From: Octopus sinensis
Lineage: Eukaryota
Direction: 5' to 3'
NCBI RefSeq assembly: GCF_006345805.1
Contig: NC_043002.1
Location: 110,608,001 to 110,672,000, forward strand
DNA: 64,000 nucleotides
Made by a program: the position numbers and the translations under genes. Position 1 is the first letter of the stretch, and each line of letters opens with the position of its first letter. The notes below the pieces were generated by a model. The model was not told the origin of the DNA. It did no database searches and worked only from the letters and a program-made list of their open reading frames with translations. Shown here piece after piece: positions 1 through 12,823 of this stretch.

Positions 1-1504
1 CAGAAGTCTCTATATGCTCATCCTATCTACTAAAAAATAGCACTCAATATTTTATCAAATCACTCCGTACTTCCTTAAAAAAAAATACAAGAATATAGTA
101 GATGATGCAGCCTAGATGATCTGGAAAGCCTTTCATCATAGGTCTGCTCAATTAGGGTTTAATATGGCATTAAATATGTGCTATTGTGCTATTCGTATTT
201 CTTAGTTAAGCGGTTAGTATCCAGCTCTAAAATGTATGTTCCAGCAGTCTGTGCTTAATTTAGAAGGTGGGGTGCATCAAAAGCTTGGTAAAATCAGATT
301 GAAAAAAAGATGTAATAATGATAGTTCTGTACCCTTTATAGATATTTTAGGTCTAATTATGACTTATTTTCCTAAAAGCTCTTGCTTTAATTCCATTTTA
401 ATATTGCCTACCTATAAATACTCTAACAAAAATATGGAAGTATTGAAGTGAACAAATATTTCTGAGAGCTATTTCTCATTGTTGCACTGAATTACAATAC
501 TAACAACTTTTAAGTATTAAAATGAAATGTGAGTGTGTAAGTTAGTTGTTTAACATTAATAATCTATGAATAATTATATGAATAAATTATATTATATATA
601 ATTTACTAAGTAATTCCTGGAAACATAAAAGCAAACTTGCAAACTGAATAACTCCATTGAAATTCCTTTACTCCATAAATAAGGTGATCAGATATTGATT
701 AGAATTTTCTATATCATATAATCTCTCTGCTTAATAGTTGGGTTGTTTTGCATATAATGTTTCTAATAATAATTAAAAAGTAAAAGGAAGCAACCAAAAT
801 CCCTAAATCTATTGAAGTGACTGATAAGTGATAAAGATTCGTTAATAATCACTCCCAGTTAGTGCTGCATATAAACTCAAATATAATTTTCATGATGTAT
901 GAGTTTTTTTATATTTTTTTTTGCTATGTATTTTTATCTTTTCTTTCTTTCATAGCAGCAAATTGCTGCATTAGATTTGGTCTAGGGGAAAACTGATAAA
1001 CAGTAATTCTTCTCAATTATTCATATTCCATACACCTTTTCTGTGTTCTCTTACTAAAAATAGACATTGATCTATAATCAAAAAAGAGCTGATAGATAAC
1101 TCTTCAGTATAATCTGAAATGAATACAGAGAAAATATATTGGAGTGTTGGAGGTCTTTTCTACCGACTGCTAACTACTCAAGTGTGAAGTAGTGGGGTTT
1201 TCATATCTTACTGATTTTCTAGGCCCATCATTGTTGTGTTCTTTTAACATATTGTTGAAAATAGCAAAATACTAGACTAAAATGCCTTAAAATATTTTAT
1301 TTAGTCCTACATTTGCAGTTCAAATACTAAGGTTAACTTTGCATCTTCCAGATATTTACATAGTTTAATTGACATCATGCTTTTTTCTGCAAACTTATGG
1401 CCTTGTGCTGACATAAATACAGGCATGGCTGCATAGTTAAGTTTGCTTTGCAACTCTTTGTTTTCCAGCTTTTCCACCGTACAGTATTTTATGCAAGAGT
1501 ATTT

Positions 1505-1914
1505 TCTCTTTCTCTTTTATACTTGTTTCAGTCATTTGACTGCGGCCATGCTGGAGCACCACCTTTAGTTGAGCAACTCGACCCCGGGACTTATTCTTTT
1601 TGTAAGCCCAGTACTTATTCTATCGGTCTCTTTTTGCCGAACCGTTAAGTGAAGGGGACATAAACACACCAGCATCGGTTGTCAAGCAATGCTAGGGGAA
1701 CAAACACAGACACACAAACACACACATATATATATATATATACATATATACAACAGGCTTCTTTCAGTTTCCGTCTACCAAATCCACTCACAAGGCATTG
1801 GTCGGCCTGGGGCTATAGCAGAAGACACTTGCCCAAGATGCCACGCAGTGGGACTGAACCCGGAACCATGTGGCTGGTTAGCAAGCTACTTACCACACAG
1901 CCACTCCTGCGCCT
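1505..1914 (-). mobile_element. tRNA-derived SINE family A (~410 bp, internal TA/CA tract, (GAGTAAAA)n tail), full length
   Basis: Minus strand reads GGCGCAGGAGTGGCTGTGTGG (A-box-like) and GGTTCAGTCCC (B-box-like). Near-identical to many other copies in the window. Confidence 0.9.
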
Positions 1915-2689
1915 ATCATAACTTCAAGCCAACCAAGGTCTTGTGAGTGAAATCTGAGAACCATGACTGTATGGAAACCTGTTGGTAGTATTGCCACTAC
2001 CACCTGGTCTTTGGGTACCTTTGGTGAAGTTCATTTTGTTGCAAATATTCAGGCCAAATCTGTAGCCTGAGAATAACTTCCTCCCTATTGTCCAGTGATT
2101 TCCCGAAAAGAGAAAATATAAGAAATCATTATGAGTTAGAGTAAATCATCTTAAAATAGTCAAATCTATAAAATATTTTTCTTAACAAATAAATGTACTT
2201 AATATCTAGTAGTATCATAGCAAAAAAAAAGTTGAAATAAATGGCAAATTTGAAGCTGATAGCTAATAGAATTACAATTAGCTACTCATTGTGTGATAGA
2301 TATTTTTTTAAATGTTGAATATCTGGCAACAAGCTATTTAACTGAAGCTCTTAGAATAACAAATGATAGTGAAATGTCATCAAGCATTCCAGTAAAAAAA
2401 AATGAATTAAATACTAAGCATAAGAACCAAGGTGAAATCAATATATCTCTTGTGAAATTGTATCAGAATCAACATCAGAGAAGTAAATCCTAGTCAATAA
2501 TACACTCTTCCAAAGAGATGCTTTCTAAACATGCAAGTTTCTATGTGAACACTGCTTCACATCCCAGTACATACCAATAACCATTCCGAATATATACAAG
2601 TATATGTATGTCTTTGTGTGCGTATGTATGTGTGTGTATTTCCTAAGCAACATCAAAAGTGCAATTTATATGTATTTTCTCTGTTACAG

Positions 2690-2872
2690 TGGTTAGACTA
2701 CAGCCATGCTGGGGCACTGCCTTGAAGAATTTTTAGTTGACTGAATTGCCCCCCGCCCCCGTACATACTTTGTTTAAATCTGGTACTTATGTTATTGGTC
2801 TCTTTTGCTGATCCACTCAGTTACAGATTGTGAACAAACTGCCGCTGGTTGTCAAGCAGTGGTGGGAGAAAA

Positions 2873-2904
<32 letters not shown>

Positions 2905-3000
2905 GTGTGTGTGTGTGTTTGTCTCCCACCACTGCTTGACAACCAGTATCTGTTTGTTCACATCCCTGTAACTGAGTGGTTCAGCAAAAAAGACCAATAG
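2690..3000. mobile_element. Two partial, oppositely oriented older family-A SINE 3' halves joined at a CA/TA tract
   Basis: Diverged CCATGCTGGGGCACTGCC...GTTGTCAAGC (minus), then CTTGACAACC...CAGCAAAAAAGACCAATAG (plus). Confidence 0.65.
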
Positions 3001-3768
3001 AATTTTAACATATTACCCAAAACTCTTTTTAATGTCTTTTTTCTATATTTCATTATTTTTATCTATATGCTGTCATTATTATGTTTATAAATCTATATAT
3101 CTATTTGTCCATGTATACTTTTAGTATTCATATATTTTTATATTTCTAATATATCAATATATGCTTTAGATTGGACAATTCTTATTTTATCCTAATCAAA
3201 CCCGTATAAGTATGTGTTAATCAGAGGCTGCTTAATTTGAACCTTTTCTATTGTGTGTGTATATATATAAACTGAAAGAAGCCCATTGTGTGTGTGTGTG
3301 TGTATACACACACACACGGCTTCTTTCAGTTTCTGTCAACCAAATCTACTCACAAGGCCTTGGTTGGCCCAAGGCTATAGTACAAGACACTTGCCCAAGG
3401 TGTCATGCAGTGAGACTGAATCCAACTGTGTGGTTGGGAGCAAACCATGCTTGCACCTATATATACACCATACACACACACACACACACATATATACATG
3501 CGTGTGTATCTGTGTGTATGGGAGTTTTTGAGTGCATGTATATATATACATATATTTTTCTAACTGTCAATCTAATTACCTTTTGGACATACACTTTTTT
3601 CATATTCTTCAGTTATGACTTTCTCACAGGTAATGCCTTCTCTGTATATTGTATAAATGTAATTTTTTTCTTCAAAAATATATATAAAAAATATATCAGA
3701 ACTATAAGTAAAAAGTATAGGGAGATAAAAAGCTTGTACGTGGACACAATATAGAAAGCAAGTCCTAT

Positions 3769-3901
3769 CTGTAATCTCAGGGGGACCAAAAACCTAACAA
3801 ATATTTAGCCACATGTGGACATCATCCGTAAAGTTAAACTCTTTCGGATCATGTCCACATGTGGCTAAATATTTATGTTTTTGGTCCCCCTGAGATTACA
3901 G
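3769..3901. repeat. 133-bp foldback (MITE-like palindrome)
   Basis: CTGTAATCTCAGGGGGACC...CCACATGTGGACATCATCCG is inverted as CGGATCATGTCCACATGTGG...GGTCCCCCTGAGATTACAG around a ~16-nt spacer. Confidence 0.85.
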
Positions 3902-3929
3902 CTTTGTGACAGCAGAGTAAAATGGTCAA

Positions 3930-4400
3930 TGAAAGGAAAACGGGAAGAAAGAATTAAGTTTACATGAAAATGTCTCTCAGACTTATGGAAAAAGCACTTT
4001 GAACAGGTAGAAGACTTTATGTGGTTAAATTGTAAATACGTATCATGGCCCAGTGTTGGGCAGTCTACAGTTAAGATCAACTAAAGGGTTGGAAAACAAG
4101 TAATGTTAAGTTGTTGCGGCAAAGAATTTTGGAGCTTCAGATAACACAGAACTTTAAGTATGAAGAAAAATGGTATTTTTTTGCTCATTTCAAAGAAAAA
4201 CACAGTAAAATAAATCTTTGTGTTGCAGTAGAATGCATTCATCGTCTTCAACACCAGTTGAACAAGTGTTTTCTGTAATAAATAATGTGTGGTTAGATGA
4301 GTGGGACACAATATAATACAAGGGACTGGAGGGAACCTTCAGGTGACTAAAATAAACATTCCAATAAGTGGATCAGTTTTTTGACAAAATTAAAAATGAC
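3930..4400 (+). mobile_element. Degenerate hAT-like transposase C-terminal fragment
   Basis: Frame-shifted translation YEEKWYFFAHFKEKHSKINLCVAVEC / SSSTPVEQVFSVINNVWLDE resembles the hAT dimerisation motif (SAPVERVFS.MN..W..ER). Confidence 0.55.
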
Positions 4401-4584
4401 AATGAATTTCTTAGAAAAGTAATTCCAAGTGAAAAATAAGCAAGAACTGATGGTTGAATAAAATATCACTTGACAATAAAAAACGCGTGCTTCGTTTAGA
4501 TTACTTTCAAATGCTACTGTTCTACTTGACAATATTTTACATGCATGTGCTGTCAAATAAATAGTAGCTACCATGAACATTTTC

Positions 4585-4658
<74 letters not shown>

Positions 4659-4751
4659 GATATGCATATACTTGTATACATGCACACATAAGTTTGCTAA
4701 TACAACTATGAAGTAGAACCCAAAGCATGAATATATATATATATCTATATA

Positions 4752-4789
<38 letters not shown>

Positions 4790-4795
<6 letters not shown>

Positions 4796-5911
4796 TACAC
4801 ATGTGGAAAATTGGTGTGTGTTTGTTTGTGGTGTTGTTAGCTAACTCCTCCTACATCATTTTATTGATTTCGATGAAACTTGACACGTAAAGTAGAAGTC
4901 ATGTCTGGAAATCTCGTGACATATTTAGATTGTTGAAAAAATCGATAATATAGCCCCTGGAAGGGCCCTTTTTATCTACCTCATTTAACTAATATTTTTA
5001 AACATCCAAGGGAAATAACCCATAGCACCTGTATAATATTTTTTTAAATACTCAAGGGAAATAACCCATTTCATTGTTTATGTTCAATTACTTTGAATAT
5101 TGATTTTTTTTGTGTGTCCTATTCCTAATTTTTGCAGACAATATCACTTTTATACTTTATTTGACATGAGTAGAATTCATGGAAACCTCATGACATACTT
5201 CGACTGTTGAAAAAATCGATAATAGGGCCCTTCCAATGAATCCTTCTATCTACTACATATTTCTAATATTTTATTTAAACAACTCATACCATCTGCAGAT
5301 TTTAGTGAAGCGATCAATATTTGATTCTGACAATCAGCTGACCTAATTCTGCATTTCACTACTCAGAGTTTCAAACTGCTAAACATTATTATTGCACTTC
5401 CTTTATTTGAATCTTAAACATTAAAGACTTCATTCATACATTTCTATACATATGTACTTTTTTGAACGCCCATTACTCTGATAATTCTGCATTTTTACAG
5501 TTACACTTTTTCCATGACAGTAGATAAATTTTTTATTCCACAACGTTTTTGTTGTGGCTTCAGGCAGGCATAGCGTGGATTCAATCCTCGATTGTCAAAT
5601 TTCACTTAACACTTCAACAGCGCTTTTCCCACTGTAGAACAATGGTTTTTCTGTGAATGATAGCAGTTATACATTTCCCAGATGCCTTCGCTAAGCAGAA
5701 TAATGTCTTTGCCTCTCGCTAACCTCCAACAATCTTTCTTGCCTATCTCCGAAAACCTCTCTCCCTCCTCCAGCTGACAGTTTTTTGTACTTTTTGGGGG
5801 ATGGAAAATACACCTTTTGTGACAGTTATAACAAAATTGCTTTCTTGAGTAATAAGGTGTTTCAATAGAACATCTCCACCCCCCACCCCCGGGAATAACT
5901 GGGTACACCAG
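4790..5911 (+). mobile_element. Old non-autonomous Helitron-like element
   Basis: Shares GATGAAACTTGACAC with the Helitron at 33 kb. 3' CCCGGGAATAACTGGG hairpin plus GCTGGT resembles the CCCG..CGGG...GCTAGT end. Contains internal duplications. Confidence 0.45.
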
Positions 5912-6054
5912 CTGGTATATATATATATATATTTGTATACATATGTGTGTATGTACGTATAAGATGCAGTGAATATATTGTCATCTAAATTATGCAAAAA
6001 TGAAAATAACACTGATAGCATGGAAAGCGGACGTTAAACGATGATGATGATGAT

Positions 6055-6260
6055 CTCATTTTAACAGATATATTTACCAAAATTACATAAAGATATCTTG
6101 AAATACTAAAGAGTAAATTTATTCAATAAAATCGGCCTCCAGATGACTTCAGAATCTCCTGCAACTCTTCTGGACAGTCTCCTTATTTCAGTTGGTGAAT
6201 GCTGCCATAATCCTTGCCTTCAGTTCATCTTTGGTATTACAAGAAGTTTTGTTGGTCTCC
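6055..6260 (-). mobile_element. Tc1/mariner transposase 3' end relic (DD37D/maT-like, inferred)
   Basis: Minus translation ETNKTSCNTKDELKARIMAAFTN*NKETVQKSCRRF*SHLEA..DFIE*, a typical C-terminus. Confidence 0.65.
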
Positions 6261-6261
6261 C

Positions 6262-6515
6262 TAAGTTATGGGGACATAAATACACCAACATCAGTTTTTT
6301 CAAGCAATGGCGGTGGTAGTGGTGGGGGCCAAACACAGACATGCAAATACATACATACATACATGATGGGCTTCTTTCAGTTTCCATCTACCAAATCCAC
6401 TCAAAAGGCTTTGGTCGGCCTGAGACTATAGTAGAAGACACTTGGCCTAGGTGCCATGCAGTGGGACTGAACCCAGTACCATGTGGTTGGGAAGCAAGCT
6501 TCTTATCACAAAGCC
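6262..6515 (-). mobile_element. Older partial family-A SINE
   Basis: Diverged head and body homologous to 1505-1914. Confidence 0.75.
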
Positions 6516-6705
6516 ACTTGACAAAATCAAAAACAAGCAATATACATGTATGAAATTAAAAATCTGAAATGGCAACAATTTACGCATCACAATCTGTATA
6601 TGTGTACATGTGTGTATGTATATATACCTGTGTGTATGCATGTATATTGTAGATGATGATTTATACTTGGGTATATATATATGTTTGTATACACGTGTGT
6701 GTGTG

Positions 6706-6747
<42 letters not shown>

Positions 6748-6891
6748 CATTAGGAAGGGCATCCAGCTGTAGAAACATTGCCAGATCTGACTGGCCTGGT
6801 GCAGCCTTCGGGCTTCCCAGACCCCAGTTGAACCGTCCAACCCATGCTAGCATGGAAAGCGGATGTTAAACGTTGATGATGATGATGATGA

Positions 6892-6895
<4 letters not shown>
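6748..6895 (+). mobile_element. RTE LINE 3' end with (GAT)n tail (family E)
   Basis: TAGGAAGGGCATCCAGC...CATGGAAAGCGGA..TAAACG(ATG)n. The same tail directly follows the RT ORF at 48.7-49.6 kb. Confidence 0.85.
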
Positions 6896-6939
<44 letters not shown>

Positions 6940-7809
6940 TCAGAGTAACAGGTTTTGTTGAATTTTCTGCTGCTTTAGATATATATATATATATATATAT
7001 ATTTATATTTGGTGTTAAAATAAGGGTATTATTGAATTAATATCTATAATTTTATTCACCCTCATTATTGAATGTATATATATATATATATCTATATATA
7101 TAACATAATCTCAAGGACAATGATACGCTATACACTGACAGAAATTATGAAATCCAATGATTTTCCTTGATAGACATTTTCTAAACTCTGTGAAAGAATT
7201 ACAGTATTTAATAATTTAAACCTTGAAGCCAGATCAGCTTTCAGAAAGATAAAAAAAATGAAGGATTCAAATGCAATTGAAACCTTTTGAAAGTCAGATG
7301 AATAAAGAAACTTTTTATAAAAATCAATCTAATTGAAAGATTAATTGTACAGGTTGGATATGCATTAATACAGAAATCAATTAGAGATAAAAATCAAGAC
7401 ACAGACAGACAGGCCGCCACAGAGGTAAGAAAATAGAAGCATGGAGAGAACAGGCAACATGTGGAACTAACTAGATTATACAGGTGGATCACTAGAGGAT
7501 AGAAATAACTGGACAAGGTCAATACTGTTGATCTCTCTGACCATTTTCGACATGAGGAAAAACAAATGGGGAAAACCCATTTGTGTTAATTAGATTAATG
7601 GCTTCCAATACAAGTAATATTAATTCGTGTGAAAGAAAATTCTGTGAAGACTTTTGAATCTGATAATGTAGTTTTAAATGAAACAAATAAAATAGAAAGT
7701 GATGATGGTGTGTAGCTGGGATGTCATAGAAATTGAAATGTATTAAACATTTTTGAATACAAAAGTAAAAATGCATTTCAGAATATTTAACAGTTCTAAA
7801 GATAGAAAA

Positions 7810-8206
7810 TCTTTATATATAAAAGTGAGATTGTGTGCTGTCTGTCTCCTACGATTTAGATTCCTAACTACTCCCACATTTTGCGGTGCAGTTTAACCAA
7901 AACCGGGTATCTTATAGTCGTGATTCATACCGAGCCCTTCTGGGTATTAGCGCACGTCTACGATGAATCTACGATTTAAAAAAAAATTTACCATCAATTT
8001 TTCCCATTTTTTAATGCATTTTTGGCATATATAAGGGAAGTAACTCTCTAAAAATTTATTAAATCTCAGAACGTAAAAAGCTACAGTAACACCCCCACCC
8101 CTTTGTGGTTAACCATATTGAGATGGCTATTATACTTTACATCTCTAAAAATGCTTATATAGTTATTTCCCTTACAAACCCGAGCAACGCCGGGCGATAC
8201 TGCTAG
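7810..8206 (+). mobile_element. Non-autonomous Helitron, 397 bp
   Basis: 5' TC, 3' CCCGAGCAACGCCGGG hairpin followed by CTAG, inserted between A and T with no TSD. Second copy at 60880-61276. Confidence 0.85.
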
Positions 8207-8569
8207 TCTTCTATAATATAATAATGAAATTATTGTATACAGTGCTCAGGTGCACCACAACATATGCTGAATAAAAATTAAATCAAATTATAATTAACAA
8301 ATTAATTTGAAATTAGTATTAAAAAAGAAAAGGAGGAAGGAAAAAATACTAATTATAAAGCTAGTTGCAATTCAATTGTAGGTTTGGACCATACATGTAG
8401 AGCATTTGGTTTGCATTTGTATTAACAAAAAACAGCTATGGTACTTAATTTCTCATTACTGAAACTGATTAATGAATTAAAGAGTTGAATATTTTTTATT
8501 GTTGTTTGTGTATCAGGTATTATTTCAGACAACTCTGCCTTAGTACAGCTGGTCTTTATCTAGCCTCAT

Positions 8570-8956
8570 TTACTCTTTTACTTGCTTCAGTCATTTGACT
8601 GTGGCCATGCTGGAGCACCGCCTTTAGTCGAGCAAGTCGACCCAGGGACTTATTCTTTGTATCGGTCTCTTTTGCCGAACCGCTAAGTGACGGGGACGTA
8701 AACACACCAGCATCGGTTGTCAAGCAATGCTAGGGGAACAAACACAGACACACAAACACACACACACATATATATATATATATACATATATACGACAGGC
8801 TTCTTTTCAGTTTCCGTTTACCAAATCCACTCACAAGGCATTGGTCGGCCCGGGGCTATAGCAGAAGACACTTGCCCAAGATGCCACGCAGTGGGACTGA
8901 ACCTGGAACCATGTGGTTGGTTAGCAAGCTACTTACCACACAGCCACTCCTGCGCC
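8570..8956 (-). mobile_element. Family-A SINE, full length (small internal deletion)
   Basis: Homology to other copies. Confidence 0.9.
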
Positions 8957-10084
8957 TGTGCAAGCCTCTGCATAGTTACTTGCCCTGCTAGACATGACTG
9001 TCAAATCTCTCTCAATTCACACCTAACTATTAGAAAAGAAGATACATTAAGCTCCTGGGTTGGTTCCTTACACATAGGGGAAAAAATGCAATGGTCATGG
9101 TTGAAATCATTTGATCGTAGGTCTGCTCAATCTGGGCTGTCCTGTTTGGTGGCTAAGCAACAAATCTTTATTGTGATGTGAGTTGTATACTGCCCATTGT
9201 TATTTAGATAAGTGCACTATGTCATAAACAATGACACAAACTCAACGTTCATTGTAATAATATGAAGAAATAATTTACAAGAACAGTTAAATCTTATGTA
9301 GATAAGTATATATAATTTGAGCTGCAAATAGTGTTATATTCCATAAGAAATGTGTATTTGTTTATTGTACTGAATGCTAAATTATAGCCTTTTTATGTCT
9401 TACTTGAAGACATTATGTTGAAATAGTAGTTAGGTGTCTGCATGTACAAGAAATAGCGGAATTCATTCAGAAACTCTGGAATGTAAAACTTTGAATTTAT
9501 GTACACCCATCTTATTTCCTTGCTTGATTATTCTAATGTTGAGCCATACTCAGACACATTTTATTAAATTGTGTATGAAAGAGAGAGAGAGAGAGAGAGA
9601 GAGAGCTGAGGATACTGTTAATGAAAGAGAAGATGAAATGGTGAGATTAATGTTTTAAAGAAAGGAATAAAAGGTAACAGTGAGAAAGAGTGGGATTTAG
9701 TATTATTCTAATTTCTGTTAATACTTGAGTTTTGTGTGAATCTGTTAACTTTTACGATCTAAAATGACTGAGTGGCAAGTAACTGATCTCATTATTAACA
9801 AATTGTTTGTTTTCTTTCCTTCTTGCTCTGATGTCACCACATTCTTTGGTTAATTAGATACTAAATTAATATACTGGGAAGTGAGATGTGCACCAAATTA
9901 GCATTGTCAATTAATGTATAGCAATCCTATAACCAGCATGATTATATGCACATCTCTCTCTGTCTCTCTCTCTCTGTCTGTCTCTCTCTCTCTCTCTGTC
10001 TCTCTCTCTCTCTCACACACACATACACACAGAGTCTTTTGTTATATTTATTTGCTCATTAGACCAAAGAAGGATCTTCTATGA

Positions 10085-10390
10085 CTGACTGAATATAGCT
10101 GTGGTCGTTGCCAGCCTCGCCTGGCCCCCGTGCTGGTGGCACGTAAAAAGCACCATCCGTTCGTGGCCGTTTGCCAGCTCCGTCTGGCACCTGTGCGGGT
10201 GGCACGTAAAAAGCACGCACTACACTCACGGAGTGGTTGGCATTAGGAAGGGCATCCAGCCGTAGAAACACTGCCAGATCAGACTGGAGCCTGATGCAGC
10301 CTTCTGGCTTCACAGACCTCAGTTGAACCATCCAACCCATGCTAGCATGGAAGGCGGACGCTAAATGATGATGATGATGATGATGATGAT
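10085..10390 (+). mobile_element. RTE 3' UTR/tail (family E) with ~55-bp internal repeats
   Basis: GGCACGTAAAAAGCAC units followed by the conserved tail and (GAT)n. Confidence 0.85.
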
Positions 10391-10820
10391 GCCCAGAATC
10401 ATAAGGTTATACTCATACATTATTTAAAAAATAAATTGTAGCTATATGTTCTTATGCCTGGGGAGAGTCATTCTCTTTTAGTGCCTTATTACTTAACACT
10501 TTCACTGTTATTTACTTATTCATTTTTTCTAAAATCATGTGTTTGTATGTGTGTGTGTGTCTGTATGTATATGTATGTATTTGTGTGTGCATGTTTGAGT
10601 GTCCCCGTGTATGGGTTTGTGTGTGTATGCGCGTCTGTTATGTATGGATATGTGTCCTTGTTTGTGAAGTGTGCATATGTATATGGTCATGTGTTTCAGT
10701 CTTCATTTGTGTATATATGTGTGTGTGTGCTTGTCTGTCTGCATTACCCATGTACCTATCTATTTATCTATCTGTTTACTTACATATCCATTTACCTACA
10801 TATATATATATATATATGTT

Positions 10821-11217
10821 AAGTATACTAGCCATCTTAATATGGCTGAACACTAGGGGTGGGGGGGTGTTACTGTAGCTTTTTAGCCCCAGGAGATCAT
10901 CGTCTCCAGCTGGCTTTAGACACAATCCTGTGCCCTTTAATGATATTCGCAAAGGGAGATCATCCCCTCTCGAAAACCTAAGTGATACGCATGGACTGAT
11001 GATTAGCGTGTATTGACAAGAGACAATAATCTCGAAACTGCAGTCCATGCGCATCCCTTAGGTTTTCGAGAGGGGATGACCTCCCTTTGTGAATATCATT
11101 AAAGGGCACAGGATTGTGTCTAAAGCCAGCTGGAGACGATGATCTCCTGGGGCTAAAAAGCTACAGTAACACCCCCCAGCCCTAGTGTTTAACCATATTA
11201 AGATGGCTAGTATACTT
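10821..11217. repeat. ~400-bp palindrome (arms ~178 bp, 42-nt spacer), probably tail-to-tail Penelope terminal repeats
   Basis: 10821-10998 is the reverse complement of 11041-11217 with few mismatches, and abuts the GIY-YIG fragment. Confidence 0.85.
10990..11050 (+). ncRNA. Hammerhead-ribozyme-like motif
   Basis: CTGATGA (10996-11002), stem II with TATTG/CAATA, CGAAAC (GAAAC 11034-38), palindromic ACTGCAGT stem III, GTC (11043-45). Stem II base and stem I register are imperfect. Confidence 0.55.
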
Positions 11218-11760
11218 TACGTTGTCGAGCGCTTACTGTTTACATCTCGCTCAGAGATTTATTATTGCTTCCTTATATTTATATATATGTATGTCTACAT
11301 AGCAACCTACTAACAACTCTACCTGTGTATATATAAACTGTGGGTATTGGGGTATGACTACCTTCTACGTTTATTTCCCATTTAGTGCTGGGGATGTTTC
11401 ATTTATGACGACATACTCGTGTATTTTCTGAGTGTTGGATTCTTTGGGTGCTTGGATAAAATGCCAATGTCAGGTTGACCCGATGTACCTCTATGTTGGT
11501 CTTTGACATATTGGTAGAGTATGCGGGACTGTTTTTTGTTGTCATATTGTCACAAATTTAGTCTCTCTGCAATGCTTTTAGATGTCTCACCTATGTCTTT
11601 ACAAGCACCCTCTGTGCACTTTACGTTGTAGACTACATTTCTAGTGCTACAGTTAAATGCCAGGGTTTAAACTTACATGCCATGGAGTTATCATTGGTAC
11701 ATGTGGTATCCTCAAAGGAGTACGTCCTACCATAGCTCTGATAACGGACTGAGTCAACAA
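11218..11760 (-). mobile_element. Penelope-like element: GIY-YIG endonuclease relic plus 3' region
   Basis: Minus translation FNCSTRNVVYNVKCTEGACKDIGETSKSIAERLN matches the PLE pattern FxCxxxNVVYxxxC...YIGETxxxxxxR. Stops and frameshifts follow. Confidence 0.8.
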
Positions 11761-12119
11761 CTATTGAAGAGGTTGCAAGACACAAACAAAAATTTTAGGA
11801 AAAATAAATAGGCAAATGAGTGGAAATTGAATTGGTGAGTGTGTTAAGACACTAAATGAGAATGACTCTCCCCAGACACAATAAAATATGCTTCAATACA
11901 TGAATTCACATAAAGAATCTTGCAAACCAAATACAAAAATGAAATATAACTATATATATTATATATAATTTAACCTTTTTGTAACCTTATTTCTGTTGAA
12001 AGACATTTTCTTAATTTTTAATAATTATGAAAGTAATAAATAATTTAGTAAGTAGCTTTGTCGTTACTAAGCTAGTGTTTAGAACATAAATTAACATGAA
12101 ATTTTAATAGATTTTTATT

Positions 12120-12335
12120 TTATCTTTTACTTGTTTCAGTCATTAGACTGTGGCCATGCTGGAGCACTACTTTGAAGAATTTTTAGTCAAATGAATCAAC
12201 CCATTACTTATTTTTCTTATTTATTAATTTTTTTGTTAACCTGGTACTTATTCTATCAGTCTCTTTGGCCAAACTGCTAAGTTATGATAATATAAATACA
12301 CAAACATTAGTTGTCAAGCAGTGGTGGGGGACAAA
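12120..12335 (-). mobile_element. Older family-A SINE 3' half
   Basis: Diverged homology. Confidence 0.7.
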
Positions 12336-12357
12336 ACACACACCTTTATATATATAT

Positions 12358-12760
12358 CGTCATCATCATTTAACATCTATTTTCCCTGCTGGCATGGGTT
12401 GGACTTTTGGCCAGGGCTGGCAAGCTGGAAGGCTACACCAGACTCCAGTCTGATTTGACATGGTTTCTGTGGCTGGAGCCACTCCAAGGGTGTAATGGGT
12501 GCTTTTATGTGCCATCAGCATGGGAGTCATTTGCATGACATTAGTATCTGCCACAACTGCAATTTTACTTGGCTTGATGGGTCTTTTTCTCAAACACCAC
12601 ATAGTGCCAATGGTCTTGGTCATTGCCTCCATGAGGCTTAACACTTGAGAGGAGCTTTTCACATGCTGCTGACATCAGCCGCTTTGCCTTCATGAGGCCC
12701 AGAGTTCAAAGATCATGCTTCACCACTTCATCCCATGTCTTCCTGAGTCTACCTTTTGTA
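12358..12760 (-). mobile_element. Older RTE 3' end (family E-like)
   Basis: CATCATCATTTAACATC...GCATGGGTTGGAC... diverged tail. Confidence 0.6.
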
Positions 12761-12777
12761 CAGGTTCCCGCCACAGT

Positions 12778-12821
<44 letters not shown>

Positions 12822-12823
<2 letters not shown>

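Noticed and set aside
1679-1946. Recurrent ORFs such as 'YSRRHLPKMPRSGTEP' and 'AEDTCPRCHAVGL'
   Set aside because: Antisense read-throughs of family-A SINE copies.
7200-7780. Purine-rich stretch resembling decayed coding sequence
   Set aside because: Multiple stops and no recognisable motif.
10085-10260. Repeat-spacer-like array
   Set aside because: Not CRISPR: eukaryotic context, the spacers are themselves homologous, and it lies within a LINE 3' UTR.
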